Shown: positions 40,198 through 50,532, numbered from the stretch's first letter. The stretch: DNA of 64,000 bases from Nitrosopumilus sp. (GCA_963662625.1 OY759726.1:1536001-1600000); one strand, 5' to 3'. Numbers and translations are program-made. Notes: generated by a model not told the origin, from the letters alone.

Positions 40198-41373
40198 TCA
40201 GGTGTCGGGCACCTTGTACCACTTCCTCGGCATGAGGAAGCGCTTGACGACCAGCGCCGTGCCGGTCAGGTAGACCATGATGCCGACCGGCTCCACCCAG
40301 TTCTGGCTGCCGCTGCCCGCCGTGATCCCGAGCGCCGGCTCCACCACGTACATGAACACGACGCCCGCCATGAGCGGCGCCATCCCGACGAAGAACAGCA
40401 TGAGGGTGCCGGTGTCCCTGATGGCCCTGAGCAGGTCGCGGTACGACCCGTGCGGCTTTTTCCACCTGCCCGGGCCGACCCACGTCTGCATGCCCCCGAC
40501 GTACCAGTACACCATCCCCTGCAGTATCATCGCGCCTATTATGTTGCCGAGGGTCACGGGGACGAGGTTCTTGAACCAGGCCTCCCCCCACGTATAGTCG
40601 GCGCCGGCCCATATCCCGGCCGACAGCGCGAAGTGGTTCACTATGCTGTGCTCGAACCCTATGGCAAAGAACACGGACACCGGGATCCCGATCAGGAGGA
40701 TCTTGGAGATGACCTCCTTGGTCCTGTACGCCCCCCAGACGCCCATGGCGATCAGCCAGTTCGCGAAGATCCCGCGGTACAGCAGCTCCTCCCACGTGTG
40801 CTCGTTGACCTTCTTGTTGCCGATGTCGGCGATGACGGTCATCAGGTCCGATCCTATGGCGCCGGCCTGGCCGGCGCCGATTATTATCATCCACCCTATG
40901 ACGAACCCGGCCATCCAGTGGCCCGCGTGCGTGATCGACCACTCCCAGAGGACCTCCCTCCACCTGACCCTGTTGGTCATCATGGCGATCGAGGCGGTCA
41001 TGTAGTCGCCCGTCACCAGGTTCGAGCCGTAGAGTATCACAAGGACCAGGGCAGAGAAGCCGAAAACCATGAACGAGAGGAACTGGCCCAGCCCGAGGGA
41101 CAGGTCCTCGGCGACCGAGAACATTATGGCCCAGGCCAGGAATGCCGCAAAGGCCAGGTAGGCCGTCGCCTGCCACCCCATGATCAGGCCCTGGGCCGGG
41201 TTCACCTTGGTCTTGGCCACGCCCAGGGTGCTCAGCTCCCTGATTGTCCCGGCTATGTCGAACAGCCCCGTCGTCAGGCGCGGGGGGGACTCGCCGCCAT
41301 CGTCCCGCTCCGGAGCGTCGTCCCCCCCGGACGCGCCTTCGCGCCCCGCCGGAATGCCAGTCTTGTCACTCAA
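40198..41373 (-). CDS. Formate/nitrite transporter (FNT) family channel with C-terminal extension
   Basis: LVTGD, GIFANWL, GFEHSIVN, VTLGNIIG. Confidence 0.9.
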   Translation of the reverse strand: MSDKTGIPAGREGASGGDDAPERDDGGESPPRLTTGLFDIAGTIRELSTLGVAKTKVNPAQGLIMGWQATAYLAFAAFLAWAIMFSVAEDLSLGLGQFLSFMVFGFSALVLVILYGSNLVTGDYMTASIAMMTNRVRWREVLWEWSITHAGHWMAGFVIGWMIIIGAGQAGAIGSDLMTVIADIGNKKVNEHTWEELLYRGIFANWLIAMGVWGAYRTKEVISKILLIGIPVSVFFAIGFEHSIVNHFALSAGIWAGADYTWGEAWFKNLVPVTLGNIIGAMILQGMVYWYVGGMQTWVGPGRWKKPHGSYRDLLRAIRDTGTLMLFFVGMAPLMAGVVFMYVVEPALGITAGSGSQNWVEPVGIMVYLTGTALVVKRFLMPRKWYKVPDT

Positions 41374-41405
41374 TTAGCCAACCCGTATAACCCCGCGTCA
41401 CTATA

Positions 41406-41783
41406 TTAGATTGGCGGTGCGCGGCGCGCCGGGGGAGGCCCGCCGCCGGGCGGCCTTGCCATGTCGTAGAGCGCGCCGCAGAAAGAGTCAAGCCTGGAGG
41501 GCGGCACGCCGTCGAACCACGTCAGCTCCCCGTCCACCCGGCTCCCGGCGCGGGGGGCTCCGGACGGACGGAGCCGCGACTCCTCCGCCTCGAAGAGGGC
41601 GGCTATCCCCTCCATCTGGCCGGCTGACAGGGGGGCGCCGCACGTGGCCATGTCGACCTGGACCGCGTAGTTGCCGGTGCCGGGATCGCGCCTGGCCTTC
41701 ACGAAGGGGACGCCCAGGTGGGAGCACCGGCGGAAGAACCTGTCGCGTTCGGGCGCGTTCGAGTCGGCGATGAACTTCTCCAT
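41406..41783 (-). CDS. Hypothetical protein
   Basis: 125-aa ORF. Confidence 0.7.
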   Translation of the reverse strand: MEKFIADSNAPERDRFFRRCSHLGVPFVKARRDPGTGNYAVQVDMATCGAPLSAGQMEGIAALFEAEESRLRPSGAPRAGSRVDGELTWFDGVPPSRLDSFCGALYDMARPPGGGPPPARRAPPI

Positions 41784-41822
41784 GGAGTGTGGTCTGCGGC
41801 CTCACAGATACGTCTTGCGGGG

Positions 41823-42200
41823 CTAGATGCCGGCGGTAATCCTCTTGATCCTGGTGATGATGCGGATCTTGGTGCTTATGGGCATCTCGGGCTCCATCGT
41901 GAAGTAGATGATGTTCCTCCTGGTGTACACCACCATCTGGGTCACCTTCTCCCGCTCCACGTGGACGTACCTGACCTTGCCGAGCGAGCGGTCAAACTCC
42001 CTCCTCATGGAGCGCCTCTGCGCTACCTGCATGCAAAAGTGCTCCTCCTCCCTCTGCGACTTTAGCGACGTCTTGCCCTCCTTCATGATGGCCTCGCGTA
42101 TGTTGCCCTTCGGATCGATGATGGCGGCGAACCTCATCTTGCGGTCCAGGCCGATGATTGCCTCGACTGTGGCCAGGAGGTCGACTTTGGCGCTTGTCAT
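41823..42200 (-). CDS. DUF6659-like (roadblock/profilin-like) thaumarchaeal protein
   Basis: MRFAAIID.KG...EFDRSLGKVRY...REKV. Confidence 0.75.
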   Translation of the reverse strand: MTSAKVDLLATVEAIIGLDRKMRFAAIIDPKGNIREAIMKEGKTSLKSQREEEHFCMQVAQRRSMRREFDRSLGKVRYVHVEREKVTQMVVYTRRNIIYFTMEPEMPISTKIRIITRIKRITAGI

Positions 42201-42250
42201 CACCGTCTGGGGGTTACCGGCTAAATATAATCTATTGAGATGGTGCCGCG

Positions 42251-42922
42251 GTACACCATCAGCCCGAGGGCACACGGCGGCCATCCCCTAGCCGACATGG
42301 GCGATGCGGTTGGCCGGCGCCGCCCGCCTGGCCCTAGTCGAAAATGTACTGGCCGCCAGACGCTGGTTGGGCACGCCCGTCCGCCATCCGCCCCGCCCGC
42401 GGCCATCCCCGCCATGCGCCCCGGCATGATCGCCAGCCGTACCGGGGCGGTGCCGCGCCCTGTTCTGGGATTGGCTGTGGCCGGGGCTCCCGCCGGCATG
42501 ATCGCCAGCCGAACCGGGGCGGTGCCGCGACTCCCGTACCGCCCGGCAGACCGCGCCACCGACATCATCCACGGGTTGCGCGCCACCGGCGCCATGAAGG
42601 ACAGGAACGTCCTGACCGAGGCGTCCGGGCCCCATCGTCCCCGGGCCCCGCCCGCACCGGCACTTCGTGGCGGCGAGGCGGCAGTGGAGCGTCACTGACG
42701 GCCGGGCGATTTCCCTTTCCTGCGCCGCGATCCTCTCGTCCTGCGCCGCGATCCTCTAGTCCTTCTTGATCGACTGGGCAGCCTCCCTTGCAAGCTCCTT
42801 GCGCAGGACCGTGGCCTCGGAACCCGCCACGCTGTGGCTTGGGGGGGTGCAGGATCAAGGCGCGGCGATCTAGACTTGGGGCTGTTCGCGTAAATTCGCC
42901 TGATCTGGACCTGGGCATGTAC
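42251..42922 (-). mobile_element. Composite relic: internally deleted GTACA-ended element containing an ISH3 right-end fragment (42335-42630)
   Basis: Ends GTACACCATCAG... and ...CTGGACCTGGGCATGTAC; internal ISH3 homology to 34288-34520. Confidence 0.75.
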
Positions 42923-43018
42923 GGCGCCTCTCCCCGGCGCCGCCCTCCCGCGGTGGAGCGATCCGCCCCCCGCGGGCCGACCAGTAGATTCTTATCTAAA
43001 ATTTTTTTCTGGAAGCCT

Positions 43019-43843
43019 GTGGAAAAGATAAAGCAGAACTCCCACGTCCTGTTCTGGTACAACAACTCGAAGAAGTGGCTGCTCAAGGTGTCTAGGAACG
43101 AGACGCTGCACACCCACATCGGGGTGATACGGCACGCCGACGCGATCGGCAGGGAGTACGGCTCCCGGGTGGACACGAGCAAGGGCAAGTACGTCTACCT
43201 CCTCAAGCCGACGATGTACGACTACGTGATGAAGCTGCGGCACGGCACCCAGATCGTCTACCCCAAGGACCTGGGGTACATCGTGGCGCGGGCCGGGATA
43301 GGCAGCGGGCAGAAGGTCGTGGAGATCGGCACGGGCAGCGGCGCGCTGACGTCATTCGTGGCGGGGATAGTAAGGCCCCGCGGCCACGTGTACACGTTCG
43401 ACGTCGACGACGGCTTCATGGGGGTCGCCGAGAAGAACATCGCCAAGGCCGGCATGTCAAAGTACGTCACGCAGCGGAACCTCGACATCAAGACGGCCGG
43501 GGAGCTCCCGCTCGAGGGCATGGACGTGGCGCTGATCGACCTGGGGGACCCGTGGACCGTGGTGCCGCAGGCGAGGGGCATGCTCAAGGGGAGCGGCTCG
43601 CTATTCGCGGTCTGCCCCACCATGAACCAGCTGGAAAAGCTTGCGGCGGCCCTGGTGGAAAACGAGTTCACCGACATCGAGTGCACCGAGCACGTCCTGC
43701 GCACGATCGAGGCGCGGGAGGGCAAGACGAGGCACTCGTTCCAGGGGATAGGGCACACGGCGTACCTCTGCTACGCCAGGAAGGCGTTCTTCGGGAGGGG
43801 CGCCGGGACGCCTGCCGGCGGGGACGCCGGGGGCAGGGACTGA
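43019..43843 (+). CDS. trmI: tRNA (adenine(57/58)-N1)-methyltransferase
   Basis: TQIVYPKD, EIGTGSG, DLGDPW, GHTAYL. Confidence 0.94.
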   Translation: MEKIKQNSHVLFWYNNSKKWLLKVSRNETLHTHIGVIRHADAIGREYGSRVDTSKGKYVYLLKPTMYDYVMKLRHGTQIVYPKDLGYIVARAGIGSGQKVVEIGTGSGALTSFVAGIVRPRGHVYTFDVDDGFMGVAEKNIAKAGMSKYVTQRNLDIKTAGELPLEGMDVALIDLGDPWTVVPQARGMLKGSGSLFAVCPTMNQLEKLAAALVENEFTDIECTEHVLRTIEAREGKTRHSFQGIGHTAYLCYARKAFFGRGAGTPAGGDAGGRD

Positions 43844-43880
43844 GCCGGAAACAAGGTTTATCCGTGGACCTGCGATCCAG

Positions 43881-44750
43881 ATGCTGTTGGCAGCAGAAAC
43901 GCTCAGCGAGCCCATGGTGCGCGGGTTCATACCTGCCCGGAGGGCGGACTCGCGCAAGGGCGACAACGGCTCCGTGCTGGTGGTGGGCGGGAGCTACGTC
44001 TACCACGGCGCGCCGGTGCTCTCGTCCCTGGCGGCGCTCCGGTGCGGCGCCGACCTGGTGTACACGGCGGTCCCGAAGATCAACGTCGCCGCCACCCGCT
44101 CCGCGTCGCCCAACCTCATAGTGATACCGCTCGCGGACCAGAAGCTGACCCGCGGCGCCGCGAACAAGCTGCTCGGGGCGGCGCCGCGCGACCTGGACTC
44201 GGCCGCGATAGGGATGGGGCTGGCCGTGCAGGAGCGCGGCGCCCTCCTGCGCCTGGTGGAGTCCCTGCTGGACAGGGACGTCCGCCTGTCCCTGGACGCC
44301 AGCGCGCTGGTCCCAGAGGTGCTGCCGCCTCTGCGGGGCAGGAACGCGGTGGTCACCCCGCACGCCGGGGAGTTCAGGAGGCTGTTCGGGGAGGAGCCGC
44401 CCGGCCCCGAGGGGGAGCGCGCCTCCATGGTCGAGAGGTGCGCCGCGGACAGCGGCGTCACGGTGCTGCTCAAGGGCCCGTCCGACGTGATATCGGACGG
44501 GGCCTCTACGTTCATCAACAGGAAGGGGGCCCCCGGCATGACGGTCGGCGGGACGGGCGACGTCCTGTCGGGGCTGGTGGCCGGGATGCTGGCAAGGAAC
44601 CGCAACGCGGCAGAGTCCGCCGCCGCAGCCGCGTTCGTCAACGGGATGGCGGGGGCGGAGGCCCAGGGGAGGCTCGGGCTTCACATGGCCGCCACGGACC
44701 TCCTGGACGCGCTGCCCGCCGTGATGATGCCGCTTGACAGGATGGAGTGA
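43881..44750 (+). CDS. nnrD: ADP-dependent NAD(P)H-hydrate dehydratase
   Basis: SRKGDNG.V..VGGS..Y.GAP, TPHAGEF, GGTGDVLSG. Confidence 0.93.
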   Translation: MLLAAETLSEPMVRGFIPARRADSRKGDNGSVLVVGGSYVYHGAPVLSSLAALRCGADLVYTAVPKINVAATRSASPNLIVIPLADQKLTRGAANKLLGAAPRDLDSAAIGMGLAVQERGALLRLVESLLDRDVRLSLDASALVPEVLPPLRGRNAVVTPHAGEFRRLFGEEPPGPEGERASMVERCAADSGVTVLLKGPSDVISDGASTFINRKGAPGMTVGGTGDVLSGLVAGMLARNRNAAESAAAAAFVNGMAGAEAQGRLGLHMAATDLLDALPAVMMPLDRME

Positions 44751-44751
44751 G

Positions 44752-46104
44752 ATGGGGCCGGAGGCGTACATAGACTCGCACGTGCCCGGGATGGTGTCCG
44801 ACCTCCAGAGGCTCGTCCGCCAGCCCAGCGTCTCGGCGAGGAACGAGGGGATAGAGGAGTGCGCCGAGCTGGTCGCCGGGATGCTGGAGTCGTCCGGGGC
44901 CGACGCCGAGATCCTCCGCCTCGGGAGGGGCGCCGCGCCGCTGGTATACGGGGAGGTGCGGTCGGCGTCGAACCCGTCGAGGACGCTGCTGTTCTACAAC
45001 CACTACGACGTGCAGCCAGCCGAGCCGCTCGACCAGTGGGACCACCCGCCGTTCAGCGCGACGAGGGTGGGCAACAGGATATACGGCAGGGGGGCGGCCG
45101 ACGACAAGGGGGAGCTAGTCACCAGGATGAGGGCCGTCTCGGCGTGCCTGAAGGCCACGGGCGACGTCCCGTGCAACGTCAAGTTCGTCGTCGAGGGGGA
45201 GGAGGAGACCGGCAGCGGGCACATCGCCGCATACCTGAGGAGGCACCGGAGGAAGTTCTCCTGCGACGGGGTGGTCTGGGAGTTCGGGTACGTGGACACG
45301 CGGGGCAGGCCCATAATAGGGCTGGGCATGAAGGGGCTGCTCTACGTGGAGCTGCGGGCCAGGGAGTCCGTCCGCGACGCGCACTCGAGCCTCGCGGTGC
45401 TGGTGAGGAACCCGGCGTGGAGGCTGGTGTCGGCCCTGGGGACGCTGACGGGGCGCGGCGGCAGGATCCTGATCAGGGACTGGTACAGGGAGGCCCGGCC
45501 GTTCTCTAAGAGGGACCTCGAGATCATCGCCGCCGAGCCCTTCGACGAGGCCGCGTTCAGGAGGGAGTTCGGGATAAGGGAGTTCGTCGGGGGCGTCGGC
45601 GGCATGGGCGCGAAGAAGGCCCTGGCGGGCGGGGCCACGTGCAACATCGCGGGGCTCTCCTCGGGGTACTCCGGGGAGGGGGCGAAGACGGTGCTCCCGG
45701 GGAGCGCGGTGGCCAAGCTGGACTTCCGCCTGGTCCCGGGGATGGATCCCGCGCGGCAGCTCGGGCGGCTCAAGGACCACCTGGCGTCGAAGGGGTTCGG
45801 AGACATCTCCGTCAGGGCCTTCCACAGCGTGGCCGCCTCCAGGACGCCCCCGTCCGATCCCTTCGTGGCCCGCGTGAGGGACGCCGCCGACAGGGCGTTC
45901 GGCTCATCGATCCTCAGCGTCTCGAGCGCCGGGACCGGGCCGATGGACTCCTTCTCGGGCATACTCGGCGCCCCGTGCGTGTCGGTGGGCAGCACCCACG
46001 TCTTTTCCCGGATACACTCCCCCAACGAGTTCGCCAGGATCGACCTGCTCAAGAAGGCCGCAAAGTGCGTCTGCGGGATAATGGGGGGCCTCGGGAGCGG
46101 CTAG
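44752..46104 (+). CDS. M20/M25/M40 metallopeptidase
   Basis: YNHYDVQP, GRGAADDKG, EGEEE.GS, IHSPNE. Confidence 0.93.
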   Translation: MGPEAYIDSHVPGMVSDLQRLVRQPSVSARNEGIEECAELVAGMLESSGADAEILRLGRGAAPLVYGEVRSASNPSRTLLFYNHYDVQPAEPLDQWDHPPFSATRVGNRIYGRGAADDKGELVTRMRAVSACLKATGDVPCNVKFVVEGEEETGSGHIAAYLRRHRRKFSCDGVVWEFGYVDTRGRPIIGLGMKGLLYVELRARESVRDAHSSLAVLVRNPAWRLVSALGTLTGRGGRILIRDWYREARPFSKRDLEIIAAEPFDEAAFRREFGIREFVGGVGGMGAKKALAGGATCNIAGLSSGYSGEGAKTVLPGSAVAKLDFRLVPGMDPARQLGRLKDHLASKGFGDISVRAFHSVAASRTPPSDPFVARVRDAADRAFGSSILSVSSAGTGPMDSFSGILGAPCVSVGSTHVFSRIHSPNEFARIDLLKKAAKCVCGIMGGLGSG

Positions 46105-46520
46105 TGGAGCGGCCTCGGGATCGCCTTGGCCACGTGCGCGATGGACGCCCTTCCGGGGCCGGCCACGATGATCAGCAGCGACGCGGCCAGCAGTATGAGG
46201 TCAAGCTCGACCCCGCCGTCGCCGGTTATGCTGGCGGCCCCCTTGACGTGGAAGATCGCCCCGACCATGATTATGGCCAGCACGGAGGACGACGCCCTCG
46301 TCAGCACGCCCGCCACCAGGAGGATCCCGGGGATCACCTCGGCCATGGCTATCAGGCCGGCCATCTCCGCCGGGATCCCCAGGGTCGGGAGCCAGCCCGC
46401 GAACCCCTCGTTCCCGATCTTGGAATAGCCGTGCAGTATGAAGATCACGCCCACCGCGGCCCTGAGCCCCCAGTTCGCGGCGTCGTGCAGCGCGTTCTGC
46501 CTGATGCTTGCCCCTGCCAT
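46101..46520 (-). CDS. DoxX family membrane protein
   Basis: LR...G.IFI.HG..K, G..TR, GPG..S. Confidence 0.9.
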   Translation of the reverse strand: MAGASIRQNALHDAANWGLRAAVGVIFILHGYSKIGNEGFAGWLPTLGIPAEMAGLIAMAEVIPGILLVAGVLTRASSSVLAIIMVGAIFHVKGAASITGDGGVELDLILLAASLLIIVAGPGRASIAHVAKAIPRPLH

Positions 46521-46739
46521 GGGTCATGCTCCCAACGCATTCTATAAAATGCTTGCCAATCACTTGCACATAGCCGCGGACAGTCGATCCGGGATCATGA
46601 TACGGTGCCCAAGCCCGCTCTGTGGGAGACGGATTCCGGCACATTTCATTTAGTGCATGTTCGGGCTCCGGTGTTGCAGGCACACAAACTGCGCCCAGCT
46701 TCCCCATGGCAAGCGTGAATTCGGCGTGCACCACGGGCC

Positions 46740-47751
46740 CCGCCGCGTGCCGTCGTCGGCGTGGTTACTGTCCAGGACAGGTGGGGCGTGCCGGGACCCC
46801 GGCACCATGGAGGGCAGGTGCAGGGACGCCCTGCGCCCCGCGGTGCGCGGGGCCCGTCGCGCCGGGATCATCGGGGGGGGGGGGCGTCCCACGCCGTGGC
46901 CCTAGACTATCACCCGATGCCCAGGCACGGCAGGAACCCCGCGACCAGGGAGGAGCGGCCGGTGCGCGCGAGGCACGGGAACGGGACGCCGCGCTCCGGG
47001 GGGCACGCCGCCGCCAAGGTGGCGGGCGGGCCGGGGCCGGACCCGGCGCGCGGGCCCAAGAAGGGGAGCAGGGGGGCCGGAATCGTGCGCGGACTGCCGC
47101 GTGACTGCGCGGGGGTGGGCGTCCGCCCCAGGCTGGTCCTGCCGGGCCGGGGGTTCTTCCCGGCAGGGGCAGTCGGGGAGCTGCCCGGGCCGGGCCACGG
47201 GCTCGTCATGCCCGCGTCGCGGACGGCCGGCGCGAAGGGGGCCGTGGGGGAGCACGCCCGCGGGGAGAGGGCCGCGGCGTCCCAGCACGCCCGGCGCCCC
47301 GGGACGGGAGGGCCAGGGAGCCGTCCGCCCTGGCGATGGTCCCGAAGGAGGGCGGGGACGGGCGGGGCCCGGGGGACGCGCGGGAGGGGCACCTGGCGTA
47401 CGCCACCAACGCCGGCGCCGGCGGGGCGGTGCGCGCCGCCGACGTCCCCGACGGGCACGGGAAGGGGCGGGGCACGGGGACGGGGCACGGGGACGCCGAG
47501 AAGGCCGGGCCCAGGACCACCGGCACGAACCCCCCAGTCAGGACGTTCATGTTCTTCATGGCGCTGGTCATGCACGACCCGTGGATGATCTCGGCGGAAT
47601 GGTCCGCCGGGCGGTGCGGGAGGCGCGACGCCGCCCCGGTCCGGCTGGCGATCATGCTGGAGTACGTGGCGAGGCTGGCCGCGTGCGCGGCGTACGGCGG
47701 CCGGGCCTGGCCCAACCAGGCGTCTGCCGGCCAGTACATTTTCAAGTACTG
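46740..47751 (+). mobile_element. ISH3-family element, 5'-truncated and degenerate
   Basis: Homologous to 34285-35290; right end GTACATTTTCAAGTACTG followed by GGGCC. Confidence 0.85.
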
Positions 47752-47764
47752 GGGCCGCCCTGCC

Positions 47765-47908
47765 CGGTGGCCACCCTCCCCGCGCCGCCTGCAGTGCATG
47801 CCCTCCCCGCCGTGGCAGCATGAGGACCGGACGGGGCGGCGCCGGCCGGCCGCATCGCCCGTGCCGGCTAGGGGGTGGCCGCCGTGTGCCCTGGACCTGA
47901 TGATGTAC
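47765..47908 (+). mobile_element. Right-end fragment of the GTACA-ended IS family
   Basis: Ends CTGGACCTGATGATGTAC; matches 30950-31102. Confidence 0.7.
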
Positions 47909-47956
47909 GCCGGCGCGAAAGAAAGCCCTTTATTATGCCCCGGGATGATTCCAACC

Positions 47957-48550
47957 ATGTCAATGTACTTCCCGGGCGCCACGGCCGTGGGCGTCACGTT
48001 CGAGGGCGGCCTGGTGCTTGCCAGCGAGAAGAGGATCGCCCTGGGCAACTTTCTCCTGAGCAAGTCCGCCAAGAAGACGTTCCCGATCACCCCCAGGGTG
48101 GGGGCCACATGCGCGGGGCTGGTGGCGGACATGCAGCTGCTCTCGCTCCAGATAGCCGCGCTGGCCAAGATACGCAAGATGGAGCTCAAGCGCGACATCC
48201 CGCCCAACACCGTCGCCAAGATGATGTCCAACATGATGTACGAGAGGAGGTACTTCCCGCTGCTCACGCAGGTGATAGTGGGCGGGGTCGTGGGCCAGCC
48301 CGTGATGTACACGCTCGACCCGCTGGGCTCGGTGCTCCCGGACCGGTACGCCGCGGTGGGCACCGGCGCCGAGATGGCTCTGGGGGTCCTGGATCCCGGG
48401 TTCCGGGAGGGGATGGGCGAGGACGACGCGGTCGGCCTGGCAAAGAAGGCCGTGCGCTCGGCGTCGCTGCGCGACTCCGCAAGCGGCGACGGGCTCGACG
48501 CCATGGTGATCACGGCAGACGGGGCACGGGAGTTCACCGAAAAGATCTAG
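47957..48550 (+). CDS. psmB: Proteasome subunit beta
   Basis: GATAVG, ASEKR, GLVADMQ, DPLGS, RDSASGDG. Confidence 0.95.
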   Translation: MSMYFPGATAVGVTFEGGLVLASEKRIALGNFLLSKSAKKTFPITPRVGATCAGLVADMQLLSLQIAALAKIRKMELKRDIPPNTVAKMMSNMMYERRYFPLLTQVIVGGVVGQPVMYTLDPLGSVLPDRYAAVGTGAEMALGVLDPGFREGMGEDDAVGLAKKAVRSASLRDSASGDGLDAMVITADGAREFTEKI

Positions 48551-48559
48551 CCGCCCGCG

Positions 48560-49036
48560 CTAGCCGCGGATGGCCTTTGCCGCGTCCCAGAACCTGTCGG
48601 ACACGTAGTGCAGGTTCTCCACCACCTCGCCCCTCTCCATGCCGCCCAGCTCCGAGCTGGCCACCTGGGCCCTCCCCACCGCGAGGAACTTGAGCCTCGA
48701 CTCCTCGGCGACGCACACTATGGCGCCCTCCCCGAACTCCGAGTGTGACCTGATCCCGGGCCTCATCACGTTGGCGCCGTTGCACATGAACTTCACGGCG
48801 CCCATGTCGACCACGACGCGCGGGAACCGCTCCAGCAGGGCCGCCTCCGACAGGAACGGCAGGTACTCGCCGCCGTGCTCCAGGATCCGGATCCCGGCGC
48901 CGGTGTAGAGCCGCGCGCCGTCGGCTACGTGGTACACCATGAGGTTCCTCGCCATGGGAAGGTCCATCCCCCACCTCGCGGTGACGGCCTGCAGGAGGGC
49001 GGCGGTGTCCTTCTTTGAGAGCGGGTTGGACTTCAC
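48560..49036 (-). CDS. PUA-domain RNA-binding protein
   Basis: VVVDMGAVKF..NGANVMRPGI, HYVSD. Confidence 0.9.
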   Translation of the reverse strand: MKSNPLSKKDTAALLQAVTARWGMDLPMARNLMVYHVADGARLYTGAGIRILEHGGEYLPFLSEAALLERFPRVVVDMGAVKFMCNGANVMRPGIRSHSEFGEGAIVCVAEESRLKFLAVGRAQVASSELGGMERGEVVENLHYVSDRFWDAAKAIRG

Positions 49037-50055
49037 TTCCCCGCGATCTCTTGCCTGATGTCCAGCAGGTCCCTGAGGACGGAGCTTGCCGTCTCCATCC
49101 CCCCGGCCCCCTTGCCGATGATAGTCTGAGTCCCAGAGTGCTCCGAGGTGAACGCGATGGCGTTGAGCGTCCCGTTGACGCAGAGCGGGTCGTCTGCAGG
49201 CACCTCCCTCGGCGCCACGCTGAGCTCCCCGTCACACGACGCGATGAGCTTCACGGCCGCGCCGTTCCCGGCGGCCCTCCTGACGTCGGCGGCCGTGACG
49301 CCGCGTATCCCAGTGCAGTCGATGTCCGGCATCGTCACCTTCATGCCCATCACCCAGTTTGCCAGGATCACCAGCTTTGCCGCCGCGTCGAGGCCGTCCA
49401 GGTCGAGGGACTCGTCTGCCTCCACGTACCCCCTGCCCCGCGCGTCCTTGAGGGCGGCGCCAAAGGACATCCCCCGCGCCATGCCGGTCAGGATGTAGTT
49501 GGTGGTCCCGTTCAGGATCCCGGCAAACGACGTGATCTGCTCCCCCTTCAGGCTGTTCTTGGCATAGTTGAGTATCGGCGTGCCCCCTCCAACGGTCCCG
49601 CTGAACCTCAGCATCACCCGGTTGTACGCGGCAAGCTCCGTCAGCGACGGGAACGCCAGGGCGAGCGGGCCCTTGTTCACGGAGACCACGTGCATCCCCT
49701 CCCCCATGGCGGCCGTGATGTGGGTCATGCCGGGCTCGGCGTCCCTGTAGTTGCTCGTGGTGGTCTCGACCAGGACGTCCGCCTCGAGGCCCCTTATCAT
49801 GTCGATCCCCGACATGCTGTCCCCGTGGCCGGGGCGCCCGCGCACGGTCCCGCGCTCCCGCTTGGACCGGATCAGGTCCCCGAGGTCCAGGCCCGACCGG
49901 CTCGCGGCGCCGCCGCCGCTGTCGAACACGCCGACCACGCGGGGCTTTAGCCCGTACTTCGCGTACAGGTCGTCGGCCCGCGAGTCGAAAAGCCTGACCA
50001 GGCTCTGGCCCACCACGCCAAAGCCGCACAGGATTATCCTCACTTCCGGGCGCAC
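49033..50055 (-). CDS. hom: Homoserine dehydrogenase
   Basis: GFGVVG, NKGP, TVGGGTP, GILNGTTN, D.AAKL, GAGG.ETAS. Confidence 0.95.
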   Translation of the reverse strand: MRPEVRIILCGFGVVGQSLVRLFDSRADDLYAKYGLKPRVVGVFDSGGGAASRSGLDLGDLIRSKRERGTVRGRPGHGDSMSGIDMIRGLEADVLVETTTSNYRDAEPGMTHITAAMGEGMHVVSVNKGPLALAFPSLTELAAYNRVMLRFSGTVGGGTPILNYAKNSLKGEQITSFAGILNGTTNYILTGMARGMSFGAALKDARGRGYVEADESLDLDGLDAAAKLVILANWVMGMKVTMPDIDCTGIRGVTAADVRRAAGNGAAVKLIASCDGELSVAPREVPADDPLCVNGTLNAIAFTSEHSGTQTIIGKGAGGMETASSVLRDLLDIRQEIAGK

Positions 50056-50128
50056 CCCCGCGAACAGTCCATACGGTCTTGTTCTGGCCGGTCGCGTTTT
50101 ATTAACAGTTTGGATGGGCGCCGGCGCG

Positions 50129-50524
50129 TCAGCCGCGCTCCAGGTCCAGCGAGGCCGAGTTGATGCAGTACCTGAGGTTCGTCGGCCCGGGCCCGTCGTC
50201 GAAGACGTGCCCCAGGTGCGCGCCGCAGCGCCCGCAGTTGACCTCCGTCCTGACCATCCCGAGCGAGCGGTCCTCCACGTACTCCACCTTCCCCCCGCCG
50301 ATCGCCTCCGTGAAGCTCGGCCATCCCGAGCCCGAGTCGAACTTCGATCCCGAGGCGAACAGCTCCTGCCCGCAGCAGACGCACCGGTACACGCCGTCCT
50401 CCTTGGTGTCGCAGTACGCGCCGGTGAACGGGGGCTCCGTCCCCTTGTTTATGCACACCTCGTACTGCTCCGGGGTCAGCAGCCCCCTCCACTCCTCGGG
50501 GGCCCTGTCGATCTCGCGCGCCAT
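50129..50524 (-). CDS. msrB: Peptide-methionine (R)-S-oxide reductase
   Basis: GTEPPF, KFDSGSGWPSF, HLGHVF.DGP, RYCINS. Confidence 0.97.
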   Translation of the reverse strand: MAREIDRAPEEWRGLLTPEQYEVCINKGTEPPFTGAYCDTKEDGVYRCVCCGQELFASGSKFDSGSGWPSFTEAIGGGKVEYVEDRSLGMVRTEVNCGRCGAHLGHVFDDGPGPTNLRYCINSASLDLERG

Positions 50525-50532
50525 GGTACGGG

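Noticed and set aside
42788-43018. N-terminal extension of TrmI
   Set aside because: Derived from the adjacent IS end; the conserved protein starts at GTG 43019
47336-47956. Apparent transposase-proteasome beta fusion (404-aa ORF)
   Set aside because: The upstream part is stop-free ISH3 relic; psmB has its own TATA (TTTTATTA ~47930) and ATG at 47957
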